A stretch of DNA of 64,000 nucleotides. Source: an uncultured beta proteobacterium. GTDB lineage: Bacteria; Pseudomonadota; Gammaproteobacteria; Burkholderiales; Burkholderiaceae_C. The position numbers and the translations under genes were made by a program. The stretch spans positions 15,405-79,404 of the forward strand of contig CAWBHE010000014.1 of the NCBI GenBank assembly GCA_963788635.1, read 5' to 3'. Of the stretch, positions 22,733 to 33,625 are shown in pieces. Positions within the stretch are counted from its first letter, which is position 1; the number at the start of each line of letters is the position of its first letter. The notes beneath the pieces are model-generated. The model saw nothing but the letters and a program-made list of their open reading frames with translations, was not told the origin of the DNA and made no database searches.

Positions 22733-23546
22733 ATGGACAAGCTGTTGCTGGGTGTCGACTTCACCTGCGCGCCGGGTCGGCGCAAGCCGATCACGGTGGC
22801 GCGCGGCCGCCTCGCCGGCAGCGTGCTGCGCCTCGACGGCGTCGACGCTGCTGCCGGAGATGACCGGCTTCGAGGCGCTGCTCGCCGCGCCCGGCCCCTG
22901 GTTCGGCGCCTTCGACTTCCCGTTCGGCCTGCCGCGCGGGTTCGTCGATTCACTGGCGCTGGGTGACCGCTGCGACGCGGTCATCACGGAACTGCAGCGC
23001 CGCTGCCCGACGCGGATGGCGTTTCGCGCGCTCGTCGACGCCTGGGGCAACGCGCGGCCCGCGGGACAGCGGCTGGCGCACCGCGCGACCGACACCGCGC
23101 TGCCCGGCGTCAGCTCGACGAGCCCGCTGCAGACGCGCTACGTGCCGGTCGGCTTCATGTACTACGAGGGCTTGTCGCGGCTGGTGCGCGCCGGCGTCAC
23201 GTTGCCGCGGCTGCGCACGGGAGATCCGGCGCGCGTGGCGGTCGAAGGCTATCCCGGGCTGCTCGCGTTCGAGCTGATCGGCCGGCGCTCGTACAAGAAC
23301 TCGGACGCGCCGGACCGGCTGATCGCGCGCAAGGACCTCGTCGACGCGCTCGAGCAGGGCCGCAGCCGGCTCGGCCTGCGCCTCAAGCTCGGCCATGCGC
23401 AGCGCGAGGCGCTCGTCGACGATGCCTCGGGCGACCGGCTCGACGCCGCGCTGTGCCTGCTGCAGGCGGGTTGGGCGAGCCAGCGCCCGCAGGGCGGCCT
23501 GCCCGAAGGCGTGGACCCGGTCGAAGGCTGGATCGCGACGGCGTAG
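22733..23546 (+). CDS. DUF429 family RNase H-like protein (frameshift near 22850)
   Basis: GVDFTCAP..RKPITVA, FDFPFGLP, EGYPG, GDRLDAALC. Confidence 0.75.
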
Positions 23547-23569
23547 TACGCCGTCGCCTGGGTTGCGCT

Positions 23570-24897
23570 CTAGGCCGGCCGCGACGGCGCGGCTTCCTCG
23601 GTCTCGTCCTGGCCCAGGTGGATCAGGCCGTTGTGGAAGTTGTATTCGAAGACGTCGCCATGCCGGCCCCATTCGATCGCGGTTCGCATCACGCGTTCGG
23701 CCTCGGCGGCGTCGAGGCTGTCGCGCAGCAGGCGCAGGAAGGGCTCCTCGGGCAGCTCGCCCGAAGGCTCCTGCTCGAGGCTGTGGCGGATGTGCGCGAC
23801 CAGCGGCACGTGCGCGAGCAGCTGGGCGCCGAAGATCTGCTGCCGGTCGGTGTGGTCGGCGTCGACGTAGCGGCGGCCGATCGGCGTGATGTGCAGGTCG
23901 CCGTCGGCCAGGCGCGTGAAGTCCAGCAGCGACAGCGCCTGCACCAGCGGCAGCAGCTCGTCGTCGGTCAGCTCGGTCACCTCGGCCAGCTTGGGCAGGT
24001 CGGCGCGGCCGGCGAACTCGTCGTCGATCAGCATCTCGAGCAGGCCCTCCATGCGCGCGATGTCGGCCTGCGGCAGCCGGTGCGCGAGGTCCAGCTTCAC
24101 CGGCTCGGCGCCGGCGCGGCCGGCGCGCGTGGCGCCCGCGGTCATCAGCGCGTAGACCTCGTCGACGAGCATGCGCACCTCGGCGCTGTCGGCGTCGCGC
24201 GGGCGCGGCAGCCGCACCGCGAGCTGGAAGCGCACGCGGCCCGGGTCGCTCGCGAAGACGAGCACGCGGTCGGCCATCAGCACCGCCTCCTCGATGTTGT
24301 GCGAGACGACGAGGATCGCCTTCATCGGCATCGCGCCGCTGCTCCACAGCTCGAGGATGTCCTCGCGCAGCCGCTCGCCGGTGAGCACGTCGAGCGCCGA
24401 GAAGGCCTCGTCCATCAGCAGCACCTCGGGCTCGACGACGAGCGCGCGCGCGATGCCGACGCGCTGGCGCATGCCGCCCGACAGCTCGCGCGGCAGCGCG
24501 CTCTCGAAGCCGGCGAGACCGATCATCTCGATCGCCGCCTCGGCGCGCCGCGCGCGCTCGGCCGGCGCTATGCCGCGCGCCTCCAGGCCGAGCTCGACGT
24601 TCTGCTGCACCGTCAGCCAGGGGAAGAGCGCGAACGACTGGAACACCATGCTGACGCCGCGCGCCGGGCCGTAGAGCGGCTGGCCGCGGTAGCTGACGCG
24701 GCCGGCGTCGACGTCGATCAAGCCCGGCCATGATGCGCAGCAGCGTCGACTTGCCCGAGCCCGACTGGCCGAGCAGCGCGACGATCTCGCCCTCGGCGAG
24801 GCGGAAGTCGACGCCCTTCGAGCACCGAGCGCGCGCTGCCGTCGGCCGAGCGGAAGGACTTGCCCACGCCCTTGAGTTCGACGATCGCGTCCGACAT
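23570..24897 (-). CDS. NitT/TauT-type ABC ATPase with C-terminal extension (5' frameshifts)
   Basis: GQSGSGKS Walker [14 protein letters not shown]. Confidence 0.88.
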
Positions 24898-24916
24898 GGT
24901 CTGGGATCCCCCGGGT

Positions 24917-26644
24917 TCAGAAATGCATGCGGTCCTCGGCCAGCCGGTACAGCCGCCGCCAGACGAAGTGGTTCATGCCCATCACGAAGATGCACATCAC
25001 GCCGATGCCCAGCGCGATGCGCGGGAAGTCGCCGATCGCCGTCATGTGCGCGATGTAGCTGCCCAGGCCCTGCGCGCGCAACGTCGTGTCGCCCCAGGTC
25101 ACGTACTCGGCGACGATGCTCGCGTTCCACGAGCCGCCGCTGGCGGTGATCGCGCCGGTGACGAAGCTCGGGAACACCGCCGGCAGCAGGTAGCGCCGCC
25201 ACTTGAGCCAGCCGCCGAGGCCCAGGTTCTGCGCCGCATAGCGCAGCTCGGTGGGAATGGTCGACGCGCCGGCGATCACGTTGAACAGCAGGTACCACTG
25301 CGTGCCCAGCACCATCAGCGGCGAGAGCCAGATGTTCGGGTTCAGGTGCCAGCGCACGATGAACAGCACCGCGAGCGGGAACATCAGGTTGGCCGGGAAC
25401 GCGGCGAGGAACTGCGCCAGCGCCTGCAGCCGGCCGGCCCAGCGCGGGTTCATGCCGATCCAGACCCCGACCGGCACCCAGACGAGCGCGGTCAGCGCGA
25501 TCAGCACCAGCACGCGCGCCATCGTGTACAGCCCGAGCAGCAGCACGTGGCCGACCTCGGCGAGCGCGACCTCTCCGTAGATGAAGCTCGCCAGCCAGCC
25601 CAGCGCGATCAGCACCGCGGCGGCGAGCAGCGCGTCGCCGATGCGGCCGGCGAGCGCGTTGGGCGGCTTCGCGCGGGCGAGGATCGAGGTGCCGTCGTGG
25701 CTGCGCCGGAACAGCGTCAGCGAGCGCTCGATCAGGCGCACCGTCGAGCGGCCGAGCGCCTGCATCAGCTCGGTGCGGCGCATCCAGGTCAGCAGCCACG
25801 AGGTCGGCGCGGTCTCGCTGCTGCCCTCCTCGAAGCGGAACTTGTCGGCCCAGGCGATCAGCGGGCGGAAGAAGAGCTGGTCGTAGAGCAGGATGCCGAC
25901 GAGCATGGCGCCGATCGCCCAGCCGATCGCGCCCATGTCCTTGGCCTGGATCGCCAGCGCGATGTACGAGCCGATGCCGGGCAGCTTGATGTCCTGGTGC
26001 GAGACCGAGATCGCCTCCGACGCGACGACGAAGAACCAGCCGCCGGACATCGACATCATCATGTTCCACAGCAGCCCGGGCATCGCGAACGGCAGCTCGA
26101 GGCGCCAGAAGCGCTGCCAGCCCGAGAGCTGGAACACGCGCGCCGCCTCGTGCAGCTCGGCCGGCACGGTGCGGAACGACTGGTACAGGCTGAACGCCAT
26201 GTTCCAGGCCTGCGACGTGAAGATCGCGAAGATCGCCGCGCATTCGACGCCGAGCAGGTTGCCCGGGAACAGCGCGATGAAGAAGGTCACCGTGATCGAC
26301 AGGAAACCCAGGATCGGGATCGACTGCAGGATGTCGAGCAGCGGCACCATCACGCGTTCGGCGGCGCGGTACTTGGCCGCGACCGCCGCGAACGCGCAGC
26401 TGAAGACCAGCGACGCGCCCAGCGCGAGGAACATGCGCAGCGTGGTGCGCAGCAGGTAGTACGGCAGCATCCACGGGCTCAGCGACAGCGGCAGCGCTTC
26501 GCCCACCGCGTACGGCCGCGCCATCTGCGAGCCGGCGTAGCCCAGCGCCGCCAGCACGGCCAGCACCAGCGGCAGCAGCGCCCAGTCCCAGCGGTTGCCG
26601 CTGGCGTCCACCACCTGGCGGGGAAAGAAGGGTTTGTCGAACAT
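24917..26644 (-). CDS. NitT/TauT-type ABC permease, duplicated domain
   Basis: LDILQSIPILGFL, WNMMMSMSGGWFF, GGSWNASIVAE. Confidence 0.88.
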   Translation of the reverse strand: MFDKPFFPRQVVDASGNRWDWALLPLVLAVLAALGYAGSQMARPYAVGEALPLSLSPWMLPYYLLRTTLRMFLALGASLVFSCAFAAVAAKYRAAERVMVPLLDILQSIPILGFLSITVTFFIALFPGNLLGVECAAIFAIFTSQAWNMAFSLYQSFRTVPAELHEAARVFQLSGWQRFWRLELPFAMPGLLWNMMMSMSGGWFFVVASEAISVSHQDIKLPGIGSYIALAIQAKDMGAIGWAIGAMLVGILLYDQLFFRPLIAWADKFRFEEGSSETAPTSWLLTWMRRTELMQALGRSTVRLIERSLTLFRRSHDGTSILARAKPPNALAGRIGDALLAAAVLIALGWLASFIYGEVALAEVGHVLLLGLYTMARVLVLIALTALVWVPVGVWIGMNPRWAGRLQALAQFLAAFPANLMFPLAVLFIVRWHLNPNIWLSPLMVLGTQWYLLFNVIAGASTIPTELRYAAQNLGLGGWLKWRRYLLPAVFPSFVTGAITASGGSWNASIVAEYVTWGDTTLRAQGLGSYIAHMTAIGDFPRIALGIGVMCIFVMGMNHFVWRRLYRLAEDRMHF

Positions 26645-26742
26645 CGGCGATGAGCGCAAGGGCGGCGGCGCGGATTGTGCCCGCCGTTCGGGTCGGCGCG
26701 ATGACGGCCGGCGCCGCGGATCCTCGCTGGCTCAGGCGGACT

Positions 26743-26961
26743 TCAGCGCCGGCCGCCGAAGGCCAGCAGCGCGGCGCCGATCGCGATCGCGCCGACACCG
26801 GCCCAGACCGGCACCGCGACGGTCTGCTTTTCCTTCACCGCGAACTCGATCGGCCCGACCTTCACGTCGTGCGTCTGCTTCGTGTAGCTGAAGCCGCCGT
26901 AGATCAGCGCCAGCACGCCGGCGACGATGAGGGCGAGGCCGGCGAGCCTGATGGGTTTCAT
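26743..26961 (-). CDS. small two-TM membrane protein (72 aa)
   Basis: MKPIRLAGLALIVAG...YGGFSYTK.TH...GPIEF...VPVWAGVG. Confidence 0.75.
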   Translation of the reverse strand: MKPIRLAGLALIVAGVLALIYGGFSYTKQTHDVKVGPIEFAVKEKQTVAVPVWAGVGAIAIGAALLAFGGRR

Positions 26962-27083
26962 GGGGAGGTCGGTGCTTCGGTCGCGGTGAGGGATTGGACC
27001 ACGAGCGCCGGCTGGCGGCGCAACGCGTCGGGCCGGCCCTCGCGCCACCGGCGCTTGCGTGTAAACCCGCCCGCCGGCGGCCA

Positions 27084-27111
27084 TCAAGTCCGGGCGGCCG
27101 ACAGCCGATAC
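27084..27111 (+). promoter_or_regulatory. sigma28 (FliA) promoter of the MCP gene
   Basis: TCAAG-N15-GCCGATAC upstream of the chemoreceptor. Confidence 0.7.
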
Positions 27112-27145
27112 AACCGGGGTGTACCTTCCCTGATTCCGGACGACG

Positions 27146-28741
27146 ATGAACCCGCTGGCCCATCTCAAGCTTTCCCAACGCCTCGCCCTCGGCTTCGGCC
27201 TGGTGCTCGCCCTGCTGGTGCTGATCACCGGCTACGCGCTGTGGCGCATGCAGGCGCTGACCGCGACGCTGGACGACGTCGTCATCCGCGGCGCCGGCCG
27301 CAGCCAGGCGATCGGCGCGATGGTGCGGGCCGCCGACGACTACGCGCTGACCTTGCGCAGCATCGGGGGCGCGTCGCTCGACCAGGCCGAGGGCTTGCTC
27401 CAGCAGATGAACGCCGCCACCGCCCGCTACGACCACGCGCTGGCCGTCGCGACGCCGCTGATGCCCGCGAATGCGCAGACGCGCCCGCTGCTGGACGCCG
27501 CCGCCAAGGGGGCGAGCGGGTTGCGCGAAATCATGACGGTGGTCAACCAGGCGGCCGACGGGCGCGGCCTGCCGGCGGTGATCCTCAACCTGCGCGCGCA
27601 GGTCACCGGGCCCGACGGCGCCAAGTGGACGCAGCGCCGCGAGGCCTGGAGCAAGGCGCTGATGGCACTCGCCGACTGGGACGAGCAGGCCGGCCGCGAA
27701 CGCAGCGTGGCCGCCAAGGCCGATGCACAGAACGCCCGGCTGTGGGTCATCGGCGGCGCGCTGCTGGCGCTGCTCGCCGGCGCGTTCACCGCCTGGCGCA
27801 TCACGCGCGACATCGGCGCCGGCCTGCGCGAGGCCGTGCAGGCCACCGAACGGATGGCCGCGCACGACCTGTCCCAGCCCATCGTGACGCGCCGGCGCGA
27901 CGAACTCGGCCACCTGGCGAAGGCGCTCGAAGGCATGCGCAGCAGCCTGCATGCGCTGGCCGGCGGCGTGCGCGAGGCGTGTCAGGGCATCGCCACCGCC
28001 AGCGGCCAGATCACGCAAGGCAGCCAGGACCTGAGCCAGCGCACCGAACAGACCGCGGCGACGCTGCAGTCGACCGCGAGCGCGATCGCCCAGCTGACCG
28101 GGATGCTCGACCAGACCGTGCGCACCGCCGGCTCGGCCGGCACGCTGGCGCGCGAGGCACAGGACGTGGCCAACCGCGGCGGCGGCGTCGTCACCGAGGC
28201 GGTCTCGACGATGCAGGAGATCGACGGCGCGTCGCGCAAGATCGCCGACATCATCACGATCATCGATGGCATCGCGTTCCAGACCAACATCCTGGCGCTG
28301 AACGCCGCGGTCGAGGCCGCGCGTGCCGGCGAGCAGGGGCGCGGCTTCGCGGTCGTCGCCGGCGAGGTGCGCGCGCTGGCCCAGCGCAGCGCGAGCGCGG
28401 CGCGCGAGATCAAGGGCCTGATCCAGGCCTCGCTCGAGAAGGTGCAGAGCGGCAGCGCGCAGGTGCGCAACGCCGGCGGCGCGACGACCGAGATCATGAG
28501 TTCGGTCGAGCGCGTCTCCGAACTCGTGAACACGCTGTCCGGCGAGGCGGCGCAGCAGCGCGACGGCGTCGGCCAGGCCGGCCAGCAGGTCGCCCAGCTC
28601 GACACGATGGCGCAGCAGAACGCGGCGCTGGCCGAGCAGTCGGCCGCCGCCGCGGCCTCGCTGCTCGACCAGGCGCGGCGCCTGTCGGGGCTGGTCGACA
28701 GCTTCCGGCTCGACGCCGGCGAGGCCCGCTTCGCCACCTGA
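27146..28741 (+). CDS. methyl-accepting chemotaxis protein
   Basis: two TM segments, [38 protein letters not shown]. Confidence 0.95.
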   Translation: MNPLAHLKLSQRLALGFGLVLALLVLITGYALWRMQALTATLDDVVIRGAGRSQAIGAMVRAADDYALTLRSIGGASLDQAEGLLQQMNAATARYDHALAVATPLMPANAQTRPLLDAAAKGASGLREIMTVVNQAADGRGLPAVILNLRAQVTGPDGAKWTQRREAWSKALMALADWDEQAGRERSVAAKADAQNARLWVIGGALLALLAGAFTAWRITRDIGAGLREAVQATERMAAHDLSQPIVTRRRDELGHLAKALEGMRSSLHALAGGVREACQGIATASGQITQGSQDLSQRTEQTAATLQSTASAIAQLTGMLDQTVRTAGSAGTLAREAQDVANRGGGVVTEAVSTMQEIDGASRKIADIITIIDGIAFQTNILALNAAVEAARAGEQGRGFAVVAGEVRALAQRSASAAREIKGLIQASLEKVQSGSAQVRNAGGATTEIMSSVERVSELVNTLSGEAAQQRDGVGQAGQQVAQLDTMAQQNAALAEQSAAAAASLLDQARRLSGLVDSFRLDAGEARFAT

Positions 28742-28826
28742 GCGAACAGCCCTGGCCCGCGCGGCACAATGGACCCGGCCGATGGGTGGCGGGCCGGATC
28801 GGCCGGCCCGGCGCGGCCAGCGCCCG

Positions 28827-29231
28827 ATGACACGACTGCGACAACTGCTGCGCAAGGCGAACCCGGGGCGGCTGGGCGTCTACCTGCTCGCGCTGTGGAA
28901 GCTCTTCAAGCACCCGGACACGCCGCGGCCCGCGCGCTGGCTGGCGGTGGCGGTGCTGGCCTATGCGCTGAGCCCGATCGACCTGATTCCCGACTTCATT
29001 CCCGTCATCGGCCTGCTCGACGACATCGTGCTCGTGCCGCTGGGCGTGGCGCTGGTGATCCGGCTCACGCCTCGCGCGCTGTGGCAGGAGCGACTGCGCG
29101 AGGCCGAGCAGGGCGGCGAGGCGCTGCCTCGGTTGCTCTGGGGGGCGGCCATCGTGATCGGGGTCTGGCTGCTGGTGGCGGGGCTGTTCGCGGGGTGGAT
29201 GGTCTGGCTCGCGAAAGGAGCGTGGTGGTGA
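28827..29231 (+). CDS. YkvA/DUF1232 family protein
   Basis: YALSPIDLIPDFIPVIGLLDD motif. Confidence 0.9.
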   Translation: MTRLRQLLRKANPGRLGVYLLALWKLFKHPDTPRPARWLAVAVLAYALSPIDLIPDFIPVIGLLDDIVLVPLGVALVIRLTPRALWQERLREAEQGGEALPRLLWGAAIVIGVWLLVAGLFAGWMVWLAKGAWW

Positions 29232-29968
29232 TCGCACCGAGGTTCGCTGTCGCCTTGGTCGCCTTGGTCGCGCTGTCTGCGCTGGCCTTGACGTCGGCGC
29301 GCGCCGCGCCGCCGGCGCAGACCGGCGTCGTGACGCGCGTCGTCGACGGCGACAGCGTCTGGGTCACGCCCGCCGGCGGCAAGCCGGTGGCGGTGCGGCT
29401 GGCCGGCATCGACGCGCCCGAACTCTGCCAACCCTGGGGGCCCGAGGCGCGCGACGCGCTGCGCGACCGGGTCCTGGGCCACGAGGTCACGCTGCAGCCG
29501 CGCGGCCATGACAGCTACGGTCGCCTGCTCGCGACGCTGCTGCTCGACGGCAGCGTCGTCAACGGCCAGCAGGTCGAGGACGGCAATGCCTGGAGCCAGC
29601 GCTACCAGTGGGACCGGGGGCCGTACGTGAAGGAGGAGCGCGTCGCGCAGGCGCTCGGCCGCGGGCTGTTCGCGCAGGGCGGTGCGGTGCGGCCGCGCGA
29701 CTTCCGCCAGCGCCACGGGCCCTGCGAAGGCGCGGCGCATGCACCCGCCGGGACAGTGCCGCCCCCGGTACCTTCGCCGCCCGCAGTGCCAGCGCATGCG
29801 GCACCGATTCCGGCCACCGAACCGGCCCTGTTCCGCTGCGACGGCCGCACCCGCTGTTCGCAGATGCATTCCTGCGCCGAGGCGAAGTTCTTCCTCGCCC
29901 GTTGCCCGGCCGTGCAGATGGACGGCGACCACGACGGCGTGCCTTGCGAGACGCAGTGGTGCCGGTAA
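29228..29968 (+). CDS. secreted thermonuclease with C-terminal Excalibur-like Ca-binding domain
   Basis: signal peptide, VVDGDS, RLAGIDAPE, DSYGR; Pro-rich linker; CSQMHSCAEA...DGDHDGVPCE. Confidence 0.85.
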   Translation: MIAPRFAVALVALVALSALALTSARAAPPAQTGVVTRVVDGDSVWVTPAGGKPVAVRLAGIDAPELCQPWGPEARDALRDRVLGHEVTLQPRGHDSYGRLLATLLLDGSVVNGQQVEDGNAWSQRYQWDRGPYVKEERVAQALGRGLFAQGGAVRPRDFRQRHGPCEGAAHAPAGTVPPPVPSPPAVPAHAAPIPATEPALFRCDGRTRCSQMHSCAEAKFFLARCPAVQMDGDHDGVPCETQWCR

Positions 29969-29972
29969 ACCG

Positions 29973-31586
29973 CTACTTCCCCGGCGTTCCGACCTTCACC
30001 CAGCGCAGCTCGACCGTGTCGTCCGGCCATTGCACGGCGCTGACCTTCTTCGCCATCGCCCAGGTCAGCTGGCGCCGGTAGAGCGGCACGTAGGGCAGGT
30101 CGGCGGCGGCGTCGCGCAGCACCTCGGTGACCATCGCGCGCCGGCGCGCGAGGTCGGGCTCGACGCGGATCGCGTCGATCAGCGCGTCGAGCTTCGGATT
30201 GCTGTAGCGGCCGGCGTTGAAGACGCCGGCGCCGCCCGCGCTCCAGCGGTGGAACAGCGCGTTCAGCGACGACCAGGCGTCCGGGTTCGGCGACCAGCCG
30301 AACTCGATGAAGCTCGCCGTCGCCTGGCTCAGCTTGGGGAAGAACTGGCTCGCCGGGCTGACGCGCAGCGTGGTGCGGATGCCGACCTGCGTCAGCATCG
30401 CCGCCGCCGCCTGGCAGACCGCTTCGCGCCAGGCGACGTTGACGCAGTCCAGCGTGACCGAGAAGCCGTTCGGGTAGCCGGCCTCGGCGAGCAGCGCCTT
30501 GGCCTGTGCCGGATCGTAGGGCAGACGCCGGTCCAGCTCGGCCGGCGAACCGTCGACGCGCGGCGAGAGGAAGGCGCCGGTCGGCACGGCCAGGCCGCGC
30601 AGCACCTTGGCGATGATCAGGTCGATGTTGATCGCCTGGTAGACGGCGCGCCGCACGCGCAGGTCCTTGAACGGATTGCGACCCTTGACGTCGCTGCCGG
30701 TCAGCTCGGCGCGCGCCTGGTCGAAGGCCAGATACTGTTCGCCGATGTCGGCGATCTGCAGCAGCTTGATGCGCGGGTCGCGCTGCAGCCGCTCGACGTC
30801 CTGGAACGGCGGGTCGAGCACGAGGTCGACCTCGCCCGATGCGAGTGCCGCCAACCGGGTGGCGTCGGACTTGATCGTCACGAAGTCGACCCGGCCGAGG
30901 TTGCCGCTGCGCTTGTCGGCCCAGCCCCACCAGGCCGGGTTGCGGACCAGCGTCGTGCGCACGTCGGGCTCGTAGCGCAGCAGCTTGAACGGGCCGGTGC
31001 CGTCGGCGTGGCGCACCGCGTAGGTCTCCTGCTGGCCGTTGAAGTCCTGCGCGCGCGTGACGCCATGGGTCTGGCACCAGGCTCGGCTCATCATCGCGAT
31101 GAACTGCAGCTTGCCCGGCAGCACGGCGTCGGGGTGGGCGAGGGCTATCTCGATCGCGAGCGGGCCGAGCGCCTTCACCGCGGTCACGCCTTCGAGCTGG
31201 AAGGCGCGCTGCGACGGCGGCGCGAGTGCGCGCTCGATCGAGAACACCGCGTCGTCGGCGGTGAAGGGCTTGCCGTCGTCGAAGACGACGCCCGGGCGCA
31301 GCTCGAAGCGCCAGGTCGTCGGGCCGGTCATCTTCCACGACAGCGCGAGGCCGGGCTCGATGTGGAAGTCCTGGTCGCGCGTGACCAGCGACTCGTAGAT
31401 CTGGAACACGACGCGCGAGTGGTAGAGCAGCGCGAGCGCCTGCGGGTCCATCGTCTGCGGGTCGAAGGCGCTGGCGATGCGCAGCGCCGGTGCCGGCGCC
31501 GCCGTCTGGGCCTGCGCGGTGGGCAGCGCCGGCAGCGCGAAGACCAGGCCGAGGGCCAGGCGGGCGAGCAGGCGATCGAGGTTCAT
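29973..31586 (-). CDS. family 5 ABC solute-binding protein (Dpp/Opp-like), orphan
   Basis: YESLV, PGLALSW, GTGPFKL, AKALLAEAGYPNGF. Confidence 0.9.
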   Translation of the reverse strand: MNLDRLLARLALGLVFALPALPTAQAQTAAPAPALRIASAFDPQTMDPQALALLYHSRVVFQIYESLVTRDQDFHIEPGLALSWKMTGPTTWRFELRPGVVFDDGKPFTADDAVFSIERALAPPSQRAFQLEGVTAVKALGPLAIEIALAHPDAVLPGKLQFIAMMSRAWCQTHGVTRAQDFNGQQETYAVRHADGTGPFKLLRYEPDVRTTLVRNPAWWGWADKRSGNLGRVDFVTIKSDATRLAALASGEVDLVLDPPFQDVERLQRDPRIKLLQIADIGEQYLAFDQARAELTGSDVKGRNPFKDLRVRRAVYQAINIDLIIAKVLRGLAVPTGAFLSPRVDGSPAELDRRLPYDPAQAKALLAEAGYPNGFSVTLDCVNVAWREAVCQAAAAMLTQVGIRTTLRVSPASQFFPKLSQATASFIEFGWSPNPDAWSSLNALFHRWSAGGAGVFNAGRYSNPKLDALIDAIRVEPDLARRRAMVTEVLRDAAADLPYVPLYRRQLTWAMAKKVSAVQWPDDTVELRWVKVGTPGK

Positions 31587-31614
31587 GCGGCGTTCCCTTC
31601 CTGCCGGCGCCGGC

Positions 31615-32352
31615 CTACAGACCGGACTGCGCCACGATATACATGAAGCCGGCGCCGAGCGCGGTCAACGCGATGAGCTGCAGCGACTTGCCCGGCGGCG
31701 CACTCGAGTGCGCTTCGGGCAGGATGTCGGACACCCCGATGTAGAGCAGGAAGCCGGCGAAGAAGCCCAGGTAGAGCATCAGCGACTCGGGCGGCAGCTT
31801 GAACAGCAGCGTCGACGCCGCGCCGGCCACCGGCGCCAGCGCGTCCAGCGCCAGCATGACCAGCGAGCGGCGCGTCGGGTTGCCATGCGCGAGCATCAAT
31901 CCCATCGTGTTGAGGCCGTCGGAGAAATCGTGCGCGATGACCGCGATCGCGACCGCCGCGCCCACCGCCGGCGAGACCTGGAACGCCAGGCCGATGCCCA
32001 CCCCGTCCATCACGCTGTGCCCGACCAGCGCCAGCGCCGAGAACATGCCGACCTGCGGATGACGGTGCGCCGCGTAATGCGATTCGTGCGCGTGGTGGAT
32101 GAGCAGGAACTTCTCCATCCCGTGGAAGGCCAGGAAGCCGACCACCAGCGCGACCATCGCGCGCATCGGATCGGCCGAATGCTCGTGCGCCAGCTCGAAC
32201 AGCTCGGGCAGCACCTCGAAGCTGACCACCCCGAGCAGCACGCCGGCGGTGACGCTGAGCAGGTAATGCAGCCGGTCGCGAAAGCGCAGCGCGATCAGCC
32301 CGCCGAACAGGGTGGAGACGAAAGTGGCGAGAGACAGCAGGACGACGGTCAT
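31615..32352 (-). CDS. ZIP family metal transporter
   Basis: His-rich loop, HSVMDG, HDFSDG, ILPEAH. Confidence 0.88.
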   Translation of the reverse strand: MTVVLLSLATFVSTLFGGLIALRFRDRLHYLLSVTAGVLLGVVSFEVLPELFELAHEHSADPMRAMVALVVGFLAFHGMEKFLLIHHAHESHYAAHRHPQVGMFSALALVGHSVMDGVGIGLAFQVSPAVGAAVAIAVIAHDFSDGLNTMGLMLAHGNPTRRSLVMLALDALAPVAGAASTLLFKLPPESLMLYLGFFAGFLLYIGVSDILPEAHSSAPPGKSLQLIALTALGAGFMYIVAQSGL

Positions 32353-32442
32353 GGCGGGGTCCGACAAAGCAGCTGCGGATTGTCGTCGCCCTGCGGCCCG
32401 GGCATCGGAACGACGCGCCGGCGCGGCCGCCGGGCGCTCGCC

Positions 32443-33543
32443 TCAGCGGCGCAGCCGCGCCGGCGACAGCAATGCGGGATCCACGCCTTCGCGCGCCAGC
32501 GTCTCGGGCAGCGCCGTGTCGATGATCAGCGCCTCGGCGAGCTGGGCGGCGCCGGCGGCGCTCTGGATGCCGTAGCCGCCCTGGCCGGCGAGCCAGAAGA
32601 AGGCCGGAGCGTCGGCGTCGAAGCCGATCGCCGGTTCGCCGTCGGCCGTGAAGGTGCGCAGCCCGGCCCAGGTGTGGCGTGGGCGGCGGATGCGCAGCGT
32701 CGTGTGCTGCTCGATGTGCGCGATGCCCAGCGCGATGTCCAGCGCCTCGGGCTGCACGTCGTGGGCGGGCACCGGGTCGGCGTTGGCCGGCGAGCCGAGC
32801 AGCTGGCCGGCATCGGGCTTGAAGTACCAGCGCTCGTCGATCGCGCAGACGGTCGGCCAGCCGCGGTGGCCCGCGCCGGCCGGTGCGTCGAAGGTGAACG
32901 CGCTGCGCCGCTTGGGCTGCAGGCCGAGCGGCGCGACGCCGGCGCGCAGCGCCAGATCGTCGGCCCAGGCGCCGGCGGCATTGACGAGCCGCCGCGCCTG
33001 CAGGCTGCGGCCGTCGGCCAGCGTGACGGTCCAGCCCTGCGCGTCGTGATGGGCGGCGCCAACCTCGGCGTCGGTGATCAGCGTCGCGCCGCGCTGGCGG
33101 GCGATGGCGAGCGCGCCTTGCAGCAGCGTGTGGACGTCGATGTCCATCGCGTCGGGATCGGCCAGCGCGCCCAGCAGCCCGGCCTCGCGCAGCACCGGCA
33201 CGCGCGCCAGCGTGGCGGCGGCGTCGAGGCGCTGCAGGCCGGCATTCGCGGTGTCGAACAAGACCTCCTGCCCGGCCCAGGCGACGTAGAGCACGCCGCG
33301 CGGCGACAGGAGGGGCAGCAGCGCCGGCGCCGCGTAGGCGGCGCGACTGGCGCGCGTGAGCGCGCGCACCTGCGGCGGGCCGTAGCTTTCCATGAACATC
33401 GCCGCGCTGCGCCCGGTGGCGTGGCTGCCGGGCTGGCTCTCGCGCTCGATCAGCAGCACGCTTCCATGCGCCGCCAGGCGTGCGGCGAGCGTCGCACCGG
33501 CGATGCCGGCGCCGACGATGGCGAAGTCGTACAGCACGCTCAA
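32443..33543 (-). CDS. FAD-dependent oxidoreductase (DAO / D-arginine dehydrogenase-like)
   Basis: GAGIAG, HATGRSAA, WAGLR, GQGGYGIQ; TTG start at 33543. Confidence 0.85.
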   Translation of the reverse strand: MSVLYDFAIVGAGIAGATLAARLAAHGSVLLIERESQPGSHATGRSAAMFMESYGPPQVRALTRASRAAYAAPALLPLLSPRGVLYVAWAGQEVLFDTANAGLQRLDAAATLARVPVLREAGLLGALADPDAMDIDVHTLLQGALAIARQRGATLITDAEVGAAHHDAQGWTVTLADGRSLQARRLVNAAGAWADDLALRAGVAPLGLQPKRRSAFTFDAPAGAGHRGWPTVCAIDERWYFKPDAGQLLGSPANADPVPAHDVQPEALDIALGIAHIEQHTTLRIRRPRHTWAGLRTFTADGEPAIGFDADAPAFFWLAGQGGYGIQSAAGAAQLAEALIIDTALPETLAREGVDPALLSPARLRR

Positions 33544-33625
33544 GCGCGACACCGCATCGGCATGCGGGTCATGAGCGATCCCGCATCAGCGTGGGACTCA
33601 TGAACGATCCCGCATCAGCGTGCTC
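33540..33625. repeat. three-copy 29-nt period repeat between arginase and oxidoreductase
   Basis: TCATGA(G/A)CGATCCCGCATCAGCGTG at 33569 and 33598 plus a diverged copy at 33540. Confidence 0.75.
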
